In this document: positions 25,725 through 39,725 of the stretch, piece after piece
Layout of the letters: every line of letters begins with the position of its first letter
Numbering within the stretch: position 1 is the first letter of the stretch
Notes under the pieces: model-generated
Seen by the model: only the letters and a program-made list of their open reading frames with translations
Database searches by the model: none
What the model was told of the DNA's origin: nothing
Program-made: the position numbers and the translations under genes
Source of the DNA: Bugula neritina
Lineage: Eukaryota > Animalia > Bryozoa
DNA length: 64,000 bases
Direction of reading: 5' to 3'
Assembly: GCA_964035545.1 (NCBI GenBank)
Contig: OZ037768.1
Location: 1,178,001 to 1,242,000 of the forward strand

Positions 25725-27228
25725 TGTTATAACATACCTTATGGTATACCCTCATAACACCCTATGCAATGAGATCATATACCTTATAGTACACCTTTGA
25801 GCTGCAAAGGTTCATAACCAAGAGATAAGGTGGAAACCCTTCTCTCTATTATGACACAGAAAATTCCAGTTCGAGTGTACAATGCATATGGCATTCAACT
25901 AGGTAATCGTACAACATGTTTTCATCTATACTGAAAGCAGTTTAGTCCTTTCAATAGCCTATGGCCCAGTGGTTAAAGGAAGTGGGCTGGTGAATGTCAC
26001 AATGAAAAACTTCGAAGACATGTAGGCAGCAGTTTGAGATAAAAAGTTTGCAGCTGCTTTAATGTCTGTCTGTTTTTTTATGATGCGGTATGTTGAAAAG
26101 TGGCTAAAAAGTTAGTGAAACTATTTTCATTTAATGCTTTTATTGCTTAGTCCTTATTCCAAATACTGTATGCAAAGAATTTTTCCACTGAACGGCTGAC
26201 AAAACAAGATCAGCCGGTTCCAGTTAATTTTCATGTGACAAATTGTTTTATTTTCTCATAAATTCTGTGTCAGAGTAAAAGAAAGTAAGAAAATACCCAC
26301 TCAAATATTTTAGACTAGAAGCTTTTAAAATTAAATTTTATTTAATATCCTTAAAGGGCATCTGCTACATATTATTGTGTAGTAACTGTAGTAACTGGTC
26401 ACAGCATTTGATTTCTTATCTCCTGTGTCTACTCTGTAACTAGAGAAAAGCAAGTATTTTTAAGAGAGATCACTTCAAGTCTCTGAGTTGTACTTTCTAA
26501 TGATAAGCTAGCATGATATGTTCCCCATCACCAAGTGACTGACTAAAATGTGAATATCACTAATTGTGACAGTCATGCAAGCTTGTGTTGTGTGTATTTT
26601 TACTTAATATTAGCTGTTATTTTATTGGCTACTTGTAAAATTTACCACGCAATAGTTGGGAAACTAATTTTCTAGCCAGCATTATTTTTAGCAGGTTTTA
26701 GTACCCTTAGAGTTAATAAGCTAGTTTTGCAGTGAACTAACAGGTGGTTAAACAACTAAAACGATGCTTGTCACATGTATATGTATGCTATAACCTAGGA
26801 CTTATGAGTAGGTATTGTTTTAGTTTATTTTCAATACGTAATGATAATTTATGCAGGTATGAATTTATAAATTTATGCCACGCAATAGGTTATCTTTATA
26901 AAGAAGCATCTCTAACTATCGGTTTATATTGAATAATGTATGCAAGTAAATATATTTATCAATTTATCGTATTGACTTGTTTTTGGAATGCTGGAGACCC
27001 ACATTATTTATTCTTGCATTCATCCATTAAATTTGATTACGTAGTTACCCAGTCGAGCTAATCAATATGCCCCTTTGTTGCGCATGGTCTGCGCTTTCAT
27101 TGGCTAGTTACTGTTTACATATCTGCAACATGCAGGTGTACCCGCACGCCACACTGTGAGTGATAGTACGGCTTTGACAACTTTCGTCTGCTGCTATCGT
27201 TGCCTTCTTTTCTTGTCACCTGTTTCCC

Positions 27229-30200
27229 ATGCCTGCTAATGGAAGGCGCAGGGCTGTAATAGCAGCCGCTTGTTTAGCTCTAGGCAGCACAGCTCTACTC
27301 ACATGGCCTTTTACATTCTTTTCAGAAGATAAAGTGAAGAAAAGACCTGGAAAAGACCAAAGTGAGTCATCACCTAAAGGTACGTCTGCAGGCAGTAGCA
27401 GCCATTCTATCTCTGAGCAAGATGGAAAACCGGTAGTGCTAGACAATAAGAATAAGTCTTCAGTTAAGAAGTTCAAAGATGCTGGGCCACCTAGGCCGAA
27501 TCCTAATAAAATAAATTACCCTCAGTATGAAGAGGTCGACATTGAAGTTCCAGACGGCAATGTTGAAGCTTCGGACACCACATTACCAGACTCTCCAATC
27601 GGCAGGTTTGTGAAACACGTGCCCCAGTTTGACGAGAAATATAATGCATCGCTGACTAAAACGTCCATTGCTGACACAGTTATATCAGCAAACATAACGG
27701 CCTCAACTTATGCTGCTGCTGCCTCCACACCTGGTCTGCTATGCAGCCAGCTTTCTCAGCACGACAACAGAGTGAACACGTATGAGGAAAAGCCGCCTGA
27801 AACTGAAGAAATGGTGCTGGATGACTTGATTAGTGAAATGCCGACCAGCATGAGTTGGTCATTAGACTCTCCTGGTAGAGTGTACACTCCTTCTTCAAAT
27901 ACCAAGAGAGGTGAGTCACTTAATACGACACTCAGTCACTGTCAGTATATTACTCACTCCATAGTACAGTCACTCCATAGTATACTCACTCCATAGTATA
28001 CTCACTGCATAGTATACTCACTCCATAATATACTCACTCCATAGTACATTCACTCTATAGTATACTCACTCAGTATGTTACTCACTCCATAGTATACTCA
28101 CTCCATAGTATACTCACTCCATAGTATACTCACTCCATAGTATACTCACTCCATAGTTTACTCACTCCATAGTATACTCACTCCATAGTATACTCTCTCC
28201 ATAGTATACTCACTCCATAGTACATTCACTCTATAGTATACTCACTCAGTATGTTACTCACTCTATAGTATACTCACTCCATAGTATACTCACTCCATAG
28301 TATATACTCACCCCATAGTATACTCGCTCAGTATGTTACTCACTCCCCCACTCCATCCCTCTGAGTATTTATAATTATGAATGTATGTTTGATATCCACA
28401 TGAATTTTCTTTCAGTTTGGTGAATGAGAGAGGATTCTCTAATAATTTAAATTCATAACACATACACTATTTTGTCCTGTCATAAAACTTTGTATTAAAA
28501 AGATTTGTATAAGTGAAGACACTAACTATAAAACAGACACTTCTCCCCCCCCCCCCCCATTGAATTGTAAAGGATGAAGCAGTCAAACTGTGTGTTGCAA
28601 AGATTCTCCTTTAGCTAAGTTTCTGATTGTAATTTATCTTTCAAGTTTGAAGTGTTTTATTTTTATTTTCTCATGGTACAAGTATTCACTAGAAATACAG
28701 CCACAATCTGCACCTGCATGGCTACTGAAAACTTGTTAACCTGATAGCATAATGTGTAGTGGTTAGCATTGAAGCGGCTAATGGGTGAAACTTGCTCAAA
28801 TGTCAACACAGGGATTGTGAAACACTTGCTGTCTGTTAAAACTTTCCTAGCATTAAAATCTGTCATCACAAAACTTGAAAAATTGTTACTCACCTGTCAA
28901 CAGGCATACTTTGCGAGGGGGAAGGGGGGATACCATACATCAAATTGTTGGAAGAATGAGGTACACAACTTCATACTGAGTCAAGACAATGAGTTTGTAG
29001 TGATGATATAATGTTGCACGTAACCACAACGTATGCCAACTATTAGCAATACCACTAGTACTATTTGGTTATCATATTCAGGCACTAACTATTGTTTTCG
29101 CTGTGGACCTCTCTGTAGTTTGAAAAAGCTACAATGTTGTGAAATGCATTTGGGACTAGGTTTGACAGCAGCAAGTAATAAAATATTAATTACTTTATCA
29201 TAGCTGAGTTCACTGTAACAATCCTTATACACTATTGAGTTTACGGCTAGTTTCACTAACCTCTTGTGACTAATTATAAAGGAGTAAGTCATCTGGTTCT
29301 ATTTATTCCAGCATATTCTCATTTAGGGGCTAATATGTGAATTTTTGCTTAGCTTGAATTTATAAGTTTTGGTTTCAAGTTTGGGCTGTTTCACAAGTGC
29401 CCAACTTCTCATGCTTCAAATACCCCTAAAACTAAGGCTATATTTAGTGTACATCTACTACATAATCATAATACATAGTCTTGTAGTATTCCCAAGAGGA
29501 ACTAACTTCTATTTGTCTAAGGTTCCATATCTTGTTATTGTAAACATTCATGTGATACGATACTAACTTTGGGACAATGAAATTTGAGTAGGCGTGTGCA
29601 CACATTGTTTATCTTTGCATGTATGGCCCTAGCAGCTACAATCAGCATGTGTTTATAGTCACCAATCTATTTATTACTAGTTGAATGTATATAAGAGTGG
29701 AATATGTGTATGTAGAAATCTTGCATAGTAACTAGCATTTACTAGCACCTAACTAGCTGTACTCAGGCAGGTAATTGAAGCAAGTAAACAATTATATAAT
29801 TATATAATCTTTGTATCTCATAACAAGACTCTAATTAGCTTGCTAGCTGACTGATTAGACACACCCATTATAACAGCATCCAGTTATTACTAATAATATT
29901 ACTCAATACAGTATATTGTGTGTATAATGTTGTGTGAAGATGAAAACTGACTAGTAGAAGCTGAAATGATGCATGACTAATACTATAACAGTATTATTTG
30001 GTGAATTTATCAATTCTTGCTTATAATAATTTTACTAGTCAATTGTATTAAAATATTCCATTATTCAAGCATGACTATTACACACTTTCTCTTTGTTGGG
30101 TAGGGAAAGATAACTCTTTGAAAGAGCATAACACTGCGTCAGTGGAAGAGACTGTAGCTGTGAAAGAATCTGTAGCTGTAGAAGAATCTGTAGCTGTAGA

Positions 30201-33200
30201 ACCTGCAGCTGTGGAAGAGACTGTAGCTGTAGAAGAGCCTGTAGCTGTGAAAGAACCTGTAGCTGTAGAAGAACCTGTAGCTGTAGAAGAACCTGTAGCT
30301 GTAGAAGAACCTGTAGCTGTGAAAGAGACTGTAGCTGTGAAAGAACCTGTAGCTGTAGAAGAACCTGTAGCTGTGAAAGAGACTGTAGCTGTGAAAGAAC
30401 CTGTAGCTGTAGAAGAACCTGTAGCTGTAGAGGAAACTGTAGCTGTGAAAGAACCTGTAGCTGTAGAAGAACCTGTAGCTGTAGAAGAACCTGTAGCTGT
30501 AGAAGAACCTGTAGCTGTAGAAGAACCTGTAGCTGTAGAAGAACCTGTAGCTGTAGAAGAACCTGTAGCTGTAGAAGAACCTGTAGCTGTAGAAGAACCT
30601 GTAGCTGTAGAAGAACCTGTAGCTGTAGAAGAGACTGTAGCTGTAGAACAGACTCTGGTTATACCAACAGAGCATGCCCAGCAGAAATCTGGGGTCAATT
30701 TCGAGGATCAGAATTGTATTACTAATGATGAAGTAGCTCCTTCAGGTAAAACATGTAGAAATAGTTATTTCACTAAATTATTTTTTAAAACTGTCAACCA
30801 GGCGGACTGTAAACAAAACATCTACTCAGTGATAATAAACAATAAACGTACAGCAATATGTCAGCTGTATTGTCAAATGTATGAAAATTCTATATATTTT
30901 TACTAATAAATAAAACATGTCAACTTCTCTCTATTTCAACATTCAAATTTAGGTCAGAAGTTGGCTTATAGAATATATATGGTATTCTGACACTTGTACT
31001 TTTTCAATTTAATTAATGACTTGCTATACTTAGTACAGAGCTATGGGTACTGTAAAGAGTAGAAGTAATAGAGAAGACAACTCTATAACAATATATATGC
31101 AATATTTTATTTCTATTGGTTGCTTTACAGTTTCTCCAGAAAGACAAGAAGAAATCATCTCCACCTCTTCAGCGCCTCAATATACAGACATTTCTTCTGC
31201 TCACACAGAAGCAGTAGTTGGCAAACTTCCAGCAAATTGTTCATCTGTAGACATCAATGACAATGTATCTCACAAACAAAGAGCTGACGATGTTAATGTC
31301 AGTTATGACCTTGAGTTAGAAATCTCACCAACCGCGAGCACTCATTCAGCTAAAGTATTTGCAGTTGTTAACAATGATATCACCGCTAACACTAAATATT
31401 ATTCCTCACTTCAAGTTAACAAGGAGTTGTCCCCTCAGAGTCCAAACTCTTCTGAAAAGTCTGAGATGAGGTTTTTATTAGGAGTAGACAAAAGAGTTAG
31501 TAGTTGCGTTGGAGCCAAGGCTACAAGCTGCGAAGGTGACTTAACTAGTCTGCAGAGAGCGGATGTGGCGCTCAATATAGTGCAGGAACCTAACAGTGAA
31601 AAGCTGGAAAGGGTGGAGTACTATTCGCCCCCTAAACTAGAGAAAGAGTTGACACCACTCAACTCACTTACATCTGTGATAGAGGTCTCACCCAACGGGC
31701 TGAAGTCGCCCAGCTTAGAGCGGTCTGAGCTGCACATGCGTATAAAAGGCGGGAGTGTGGAGACGAGCGGCAGCGAGGCTAGCGTGGATCTCGTGCTATC
31801 AAATGTAGGTTGCAATTCCCTGGAGCCTCTCCCTGCAGAAGAAATTGTACCCGTCTTCAGCCAATCATCTGAAGCTGCTGTGACTCATGATACAGTCGAT
31901 TCAATTAGTTTGGAGTTGCCTCCTCCTGATGATGCGCAAGAAACTTCCAGTGTATCCAGCGGAGGTCTGGAAGTTTCTAGAACACAGTTAACAGAAACAG
32001 AGGAGATGATTGAAACTTCAGTAAGTAACAAATATATTGCTGAATACTGACCCTGTGTTCAGTTGACTTCAGTGTTAGTAATATTCAACATAACTATTTT
32101 GTCATAAACTTTAAACTTAAATTTGAGTTATCTCCAGTTGTAAAAGTGGTCCTGATGCATTCAATAGCTAAACAAATTGAACTTTCAAGCATGGTGGATT
32201 AACAAAATATTGTTGCAGCTTGATAGCTGTAGAGGTCAACAAACCTTCCACCAGCAGGCAGTTTACACATAATTTATATGGCGTGAAATTGATATATTAT
32301 TTGTTGTGGTAGTTGTCTTTTCATCTTTTCAGTGAGCAGATAAAGCTATTAAATGCATTCTAAGTGTAAAAGCATATATAAAAAGCCCTCCTACAGACTA
32401 CAGTTGAAACTCAACTGTGAACGCGTTTCTAGAGCTGCTTGAGCATACCTTCAACGTCACGTGTTACTTTTTGCTGGTCACACTACAGTTCACACTACAA
32501 ACGTTGAACATTAATTAACTCTAGCCCCGCGGTAAATTTTTAACCAATATCAATATGAATACCATAACTCAGTTTCTGCTGTATCCCCAACAACCAAAAA
32601 TCAAATTTAGCGCAATTTATTGAGATTTTTTTAGCATAATTCAATAGGATTTACTAGTTATTTTTATTCTAATTTACTAGCTTCAATTATTCAAAATTAC
32701 TAGCTTCATTTAATGAGATTAACTAGCTTTATTCAAGCTTATTCACTAGCATAAAGAACTAAATATGTTAATACAATTCGACCAAATTATAAAAACCAAA
32801 TATGCTGATAAAATTCAGCCAAATTTATCTACTAAATACTTATTTTCATAATTTATTAAAATTTGCATGCATAACTTCATCATATTATTAAGTAAAATAA
32901 TATAGTTTTTGAAAAACCAAATCAAATAATAACGCTCGCTAGTAGCACGTGAAATAAGTGAAAACATTTAACCAATCCAGGCTTGCCTGCCAGTCAGTGA
33001 TTGGCTGATCGCTGAACTTGAGCGTTCGCCTTGTCAGACGTTGAACTGACAGCTGCTTTCAGAAATTGGACAGTTGTGACGTCACAGAGGTCAACGCTTA
33101 GCCTCGAAAACGAGTTCACAGTAGAGTTTCGGCTGTAGTCTGTAGACCCCATTAAGCTTTGCATTCAGCGATAATCCAATCGCTGACTGACAGGTAAGCT

Positions 33201-36200
33201 TGGATTGGTTAAATGCTTTTACTTATTTCAGGTGCTACTAGCGAGCATTATTATTTGATTTGGTTCTTTGAAAACTGTATTATTTTACTGAATAATATGA
33301 AGAAGTTATGCATGCAAATCTTAATAAATTATGAAAAGAAATATTTAGCAGATAAATTTGGCTGACTTTTTTCAGTATATTTGGTTTTTTATGCTAGTGA
33401 ATTCGATTGAATTACGCTAGTAATTCCCATTAAATCATAAATGACGCTAGTAATTTTGAATAATTGAAGCTAGTAAATTAGAATCCAAATAGCCAGTAAA
33501 TCTTGTTGAATTGCGTTATTAAATCTCAGTAAATTGCACTAATTTTGATTGTTGGTTACTGTGAGTACGGCAGAAACTGAGTTACAGCATTCCTATTGGT
33601 TAAAAGTTTACTGAAAGGGCTAGAGACAGTTGGTTTAGTGTGACTTAGTGTGGCTGTAGTGTGACCAGCAAAAAGTAGGACGTGACGTTGAAGCTATGCT
33701 CAAGGAGCTCTAAAAAAGCTTTCACAGTTCAGTTTTGACTCTAGTCTGTCGACTCCATTACGCTGGTAAATCTCAATAAAATGGCTAAATTTGATTGTGG
33801 GTTGCTGTGGGTATGGCTTTCACAGTTCAATTTCGGCTGTAGTCTGCAGGGAGTGAACATCTTGAGATTCAGCCTACTATGCCTGAATGCAGACTATATT
33901 ATAATAAATGAATTATAGTAAAGGCATGCTTCAAAGCAAAAACGTGAAACCTTTTTACTTGGTATACAAATATGATAAGTTCAAACTGAATGAATGGAAA
34001 GACAATTCCTACTGTGTATTTGAAAGAATAACAAGTTTAAGCTGCACTCCATATCTTCGGATTAGAAGATATAAACAATTGAATAAGTCTCACATTAGGA
34101 CGCTTATCCGAGATTGCACTGGTTTGACCCACGCTGCTTGCTAATTAATATTTTCTGTATACAAAATACCTTACATATTTAACCTTATATGCTGATCTGT
34201 GTATTGAACCACTGCATGGCTTTGTAACACTTCTAAGTATTGAACATTCTAGACTATTCTACTGAATGGCGTTTGCAGGTAGAGGAAACGGTTACCATGG
34301 TGATAACAGGCATCGTAGTGAATGCAGGAACGAGCTCAGAAAGTGTTCTGTCCATGCAGGAGGCCGTGGAGCAAGGTCTGTTGGACTTGGAACATGGCGT
34401 CTATCGCAACTCCGTCAGTGGTGAGGAGTTGTCTTTCGCGGAAGCCATGAACTGTGGATATATAAAGGTGATTCAACTTATCCAGTCTCTTACATAATAA
34501 GCTCTCTCTGGGCATAACATCAAGAGAGATGACATAATTACAGTGGGAATGTTCTAGTAAATCCTCATCACAGTCTATTATGCATATTTTTATAAAAGTT
34601 TCTCCTTTACACTCCTTTTAAAAATATTTCTTTGTGAGTTGTCTACTCAATATTTGAGTTGTATTTCTCACCGAGTCCGTTTATGCCATCTTTAAAATTT
34701 TTTCGTGAATGGCATACGATGTTTATTTAATATTTTATCTCGTTTTATTGACAGCGTGAATTTCTCAGCTGAAATGGAGTGGTGACAATTTTGTAGCAAA
34801 ACGTCATGCCTCTAGCTTTCCCATTTAGAATACATGTTGCTGTCTATTTTATGCCGTACAGTAATGCTTTGCACGCCTAGCTTACCTTGAAATACACTTC
34901 ATATAATATTTTATGTTTCCTTGTAGCAAGACTCTGTGTTCACTATTAATTGTTAATTTGCACGAGTACATGCTATTCAGTATGTTATATTCTTCTTAAT
35001 ATATTATTCAGTATGTTATATTCTTCTTAATATATTATTCAGTATGTTATATTCTTCTAAATATATTATTCAGTATGTTATATTCTTCTAAATATATTAT
35101 TCAGTATGTTATATTCTTCTTAATATATTATTCAGTATGTTATATTCTTCTAAATAATATATTCTTCATGTTTTCAGTAATTTAATTTAAAAAGTAACTG
35201 TATGTGAAATCAAATCACCTGCTAAGGGTGGCATGCTCAGGGGGTGATCTACTAAGGGTGATCTGCTAAGGGGGTGATCTACTAAGGGGGGGACCTGCTA
35301 AGGGGTGATCATGCTAAGGGGTGATCTGCTAAGGGGTGATCTGCTAAGGGGTGATCTGCTAAGGGGTGATCTGCTAAGGGGTGATCTGCTAAGGGGTGAT
35401 CTGCTAAGGGGTGATCTGCTAAGGGGTTGACATGCTAAGGGGTTGACATAATATCACATCTGACCATCTGTTGTTTGCTGTTTAGAAGTGGGAACATCTC
35501 TGCACTATTGGAGATTAGCTGTTCACACATTAGTGATAGCTAGCTCAGAACTATAATATTAGTTGAAATACTTAATCCCATCACAGCAGACACCTACCAG
35601 CAATAATGTTATCCTTAATTATCTATTTTGATCAAAATATTTTCGTGATTTTATTCTTAGAAAATATTTGGTTAAAGTTCAGGTTGAGATTTGATTATGA
35701 AATAGAGTTGGCATACATGTGTTTATGTGTAGACAATGGCTGAGGTTGTGTTTACAGTGCAAACAATAACTGCAGTTGTTATGTTGAAGCTGGGGGTGAA
35801 AGGAGGTGCACATTTAGTGTTATTTTCTATAGGTGAACCTCATAAGCCAAGCAATACTTTTCTAAAATCAGCTTGTCAATTCAAAATGGCCATAACAGTT
35901 TATACAGCTTTCCTTCATAGCAGAAAATGTCTCTAAGAAGAAATAGGCATTCCCAAAAATAAACTAAATAAACATTCAAGTGCATGTATAGTCAGCAAAA
36001 GCATGTAAAATATTGTGGCAGTTTTTAACAGCTAAAATACGAAGGTAAGGCCGCGTATCATACATGATAAACAATTCTCAACTAATTCACACAGCAAGGC
36101 TATTAACTGTAGGAGTCTTTTTGTATTAAAATATAATCTTTATGATAAATATTCTATCAACTAGTTTTTGCTACAGATGGGGCCAAAAAAAGTAGAAAAA

Positions 36201-39200
36201 AGTGAAGAAAGGATGAAGTCGGTTGGAATAATTACGATAACAACCACGAGGGAGACAACTCCTTATCAAGTTATAGGTGACTTGTATAGTTCAGACAAGT
36301 TAGGCCTAGGAATAGTCCAACTTTATTTAATTTACAAAAAAGCCTAATTTAACTTAAAACTTAAAGTTAGATTTAAAAGGAAACATATTTATTTTTTATA
36401 TCATAAACAACTGCAGCTATAATATATGATATGATATGATATAATATAGTATAATATGATATAATATAGTATGATACGATGCGATGTAATATGATGTGAT
36501 AGGATATGCCCAGGCATATTTTCATCTCTTTTTCTACTGTCTTCTGTTCAACAGCTGCTGTGGACACCAGAGATGGCGGAATGTGTTCAGCATCTGACGC
36601 TGTATGTCGAGGAATTTTAGAGAATAGCCATCAGACGTATGTTGATCTCAAAACAGGAAACAGGATGTTGCTAGGCCATGCTGTTGACCTTGATCTTGTC
36701 ACTGTAGAATATGACACACACACTGCAGGTATAGTATATATATGACACACACTGCAGGTATAGTATATATATGACACACACACTGCAGGTATAGTATATA
36801 TATGACACACACTGCAGGTAGAGTATATATATATGACACACACTGCAGATATAGTATATATATGACACACACTGCGGGTATAGTATATATATGACACACA
36901 CTGCAGGTATAGTATATGTATGACACACACTGCAGGTAGAGTAAATATATGACACACACTGCGGGTAGAGTATATATATATGACACACACTGCAGGTATA
37001 GTATATATATGACACACACTGCAGGTAGAGTAAATATAGCACATCACACAAAGTCAATAAAAGCTGGTTGTTCCCTTCTGTAAGAACGTAGAGGGAGTGT
37101 TTAGGGTTAGAGTTAGGCTAGGGCTACACAACTATAATCAGAAAATCTGTCTAGCTTTAAAATTGGGCTGTCAACAGATTTTCACGGATAACATGCTGAG
37201 CGAAGAGTACAGAAAGCTTGTGCGAGTTTTACCTAATTGGCTGGTTTCCATTACAGCGGGCACACTTTTTGAATTTCAATTCTCGTTTGAATTTTAGCGA
37301 ACTGAATTTAAACATTTTTCAATGGTTTGCATTTCTGATTTTAAAATAGTCGCTTTGCTGATGCCGTAGATCTAAAAACTAACACCTGTAGGCTATCAGT
37401 AAAGTTAAACGCCAAGATCATTAGCTAATAAATTTCAGCACCCACAATTACCACATTTTTAAGCATTTGGACCCTAGCCTAAGTTTCTTTGAGTTTGATT
37501 AAACCAACTTCTGACTAGAATTTTTTGAGATTAAAATTAAAGCTAACTAAAAGCCACTTTCCAATGATTTCTAAATTTCAACATAGAAGGTGGGCCGGTT
37601 TACCTATTGATTAAGTTTCTTTGTAACACACTAATTTGTTAAAAATATTTTTAAGCTGAAAAATCGACTGTTTTTACTAAAATATAAAAAAATTTAGTAA
37701 TGATTGTCAATGAGTTTATTTGTATTTTAAGATAGTACTAACTCCTGGATATTGTAATTGACTTTTAGTGACCAGCAGCTTTTACTTAGCTTATTTTCTT
37801 GGTATTTTCTTTAAAACACAGGCAATAAGTGTTTAATAAAACTAAAGCTTAAGTTGTCTCAATTTCAACTGTTCTAAACACTCCCTCCCTTTCCTTTTCC
37901 AAGAATGTTTTGTAAATTTCAAAATGAGTCAACTTCACTAACAACTAAATCAACACTAAGACCCGCAGTTTTGCCTGATTGCTTCTACACCAACTGCAAA
38001 TTTTTCTCTGAGCCTCCAAAATTTTGTTTGTCCAACAGAATTACATTTGCTAAAAATGGTGGTAGAGAGAGAAATTTGTCACCTTCTTTTTGTTATCATA
38101 GTATAGACATGGTCTCTCTGGGAGATGCTAAACCTGTATTGTTAAGGATTATGCAATTGATATGTTATAAGAACCGGCATCTGCATTCTCAGCTGTAACT
38201 TTGGAAATTTTCAGTTGCATTAAATGGCATTATGGTATTTAAACTTTCATTAGCATTGACTAGTGTAATGAAATGTGCCATGACTTGCCTAAAGCCGGGG
38301 TAATACTGCTACACTGTAAACATTTTAAAATAATTCCTTTTAATGCACTTCCCACATGAAAACCCCATTACCGAACTTTACTCCAAGTAACTAAGTTTTT
38401 CAATATTTCACATTTTAAAATTCTAAAAAAAAACTAAAATCACAAGAAAAGTTTATAACCCTAAATTTTAGCTAAATCTTTACATAACACTTATAATTTT
38501 TTAAAACTAAAACACTATCTGCTTAATTTATCTTCAAATCTACTCGCTATTAAATCCTAATCCCACTCGGTAGCTACTTGTTTCTAAAAGTATTTGCAAT
38601 TTTTATAGCAATTTTAAATAATTTATTAATAATAATAAAGCTTTCCCGTAAACGTGTGAGTTTGTAATCATACGGAAGGTAACTGTTAGCACTATACAGT
38701 TCATTGAATGTCCACACGACAATACTGACTTACTATAACTTAATCACAGCTAATATAAAGTTACACCTGAGTTAATATACTTTCTAACAGGCTTTATAGT
38801 TAGCTTAATTTAAGTTGAGAAATATTCTATGTTATCAATACCAGCACCTGCATGTATGAAGTTAATAATTTATTCTCGCAGCTGACTTGTGCCTCTTGAA
38901 TTTAATAAGGATTTTCTGCTGAATAATGGTACTCATCGGATAGCTGTAATAGTTTGTCAAATTATACATAAAATTTTAAGAGCGGTGAAAGCTGTAACAG
39001 TGACAGCTCTGCTAGTGATGGATTCTGATTGTCATAAATATTCTTAGCGAAAGTTTAGGTGCTTTTCCAATCTTGCAAGAATATCAAACTTGTCAATGAG
39101 GAAACAACTTCTCTTGTGTAAAATTAACCTGAAGGTTTCCAACGCTGTGACATATATTATTTCAATTTTGTAAGAAATATTTTAGTAAAGTTGCAAGAAA

Positions 39201-39725
39201 GCTTGACTAGACTCTCTCAGCCATTCACTTATACAATATTAAGTTAATCTAATAGCTGTGATTAATGGCAAACTGTAATATTATAATATTCTATATGCAG
39301 ATGTGATGCAAGAGGAGGTAACTACAACTTACTCTGTCCACGCTGTGGTTGACCAGAAAGCAAAGTGCAAAGTGGAATTCCACGAGGCTGTAGACCGTGG
39401 ACTAATTGACGAAGAAACTGGACAATATGTAGACAATATTACAGATCAGCGTGTCTCTGTACCAGAGGCTATAGCTCGAGGTACTGCTAACAAAATAAGA
39501 CAATTCCACATTATTCAACACTACCCTTTGGTACGATAGTAATAAAGTATTTCTGGTTTCTTTCTAGGACTGATTAAAGCTACGGTTGTAAATAACTCAG
39601 ATGAAGTTAGCGTGGAGAATATGGGAAACAGAAGAGCAGAGCGTGCAGTCCAGGCCATCAGGAAAAAAGTTTTGAATCCTCTAAAAATACTCAAAGATCT
39701 GAAATCACCACAGCATGCCGACTGA
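27229..39725 (+). CDS. Uncharacterised acidic/disordered protein with (VAVEEP)n repeat and C-terminal plectin/plakin-repeat-like motifs
   Basis: Phase-consistent exons 27229(or acceptor 27326)-27910, 30104-30745, 31131-32020, 34279-34467, 36177-36276, 36555-36728, 39301-39480, 39568-39725 (TGA). C-terminal exons have plectin-repeat-like patterns: LSMQEAVEQGLLDLEHGVYRNSVSGEELSFAEAMNCGYI, VDLKTGNRMLLGHAVDLDLV, VEFHEAVDRGLIDEETGQYVDNITDQRVSVPEAIARGLI. The start codon is uncertain. Confidence 0.75.
27945..28345. repeat. 16-bp intronic minisatellite (ATACTCACTCCATAGT)
   Basis: About 25 copies starting ~35 bp after donor 27911. Confidence 0.92.
30140..30648 (+). repeat. Coding 18-bp tandem repeat encoding (VAVEEP/VAVKET)n
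   Basis: GTAGCTGTAGAAGAACCT x ~28, in frame inside exon 30104-30745. Confidence 0.9.
32391..33849. mobile_element. Cluster of MITE-like elements (one full copy, an inverted partial copy and a deleted end)
   Basis: TIR CTACAGACTACAGTTGAAACTCAACTGTGAAC at 32391 pairs with GTTCACAGTAGAGTTTCGGCTGTAGTCTGTAG ending 33145. Segment 33160-33750 is a diverged reverse complement of ~32395-33020, and a third end motif finishes at ~33849. No ORF. Confidence 0.7.
34974..35168. repeat. 31-bp AT-rich intronic minisatellite
   Basis: TATTCAGTATGTTATATTCTTCTWAATATAT x ~6. Confidence 0.9.
35218..35450. repeat. 15-bp G-tract minisatellite (CTGCTAAGGGGTGAT)
   Basis: About 15 copies, most with a GGGG run. Confidence 0.9.
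36710..37030 (+). repeat. 29-31-bp donor-spanning tandem repeat, ~11 copies
   Basis: ATGACACACACTGCAG|GTATAGTATATAT; the first copy is the end of exon 36555-36728. Confidence 0.93.
37091..37887. mobile_element. MITE-like element with 14-bp TIR
   Basis: GAGGGAGTGTTTAG (37091-37104) and its reverse complement CTAAACACTCCCTC (37874-37887) bound ~800 bp of AT-rich noncoding DNA. No clear TSD. Confidence 0.55.

Noticed and set aside
30078-30698. Minus-strand (STATGS)n ORF resembling ice-nucleation or antifreeze repeats
   Set aside because: It is the antisense shadow of the VAVEEP exon, which has phase-compatible splice sites on the + strand.
37100-37125. TTAGGG-like telomeric motif
   Set aside because: Only one exact unit plus degenerate neighbours, lying at the end of a MITE-like element.
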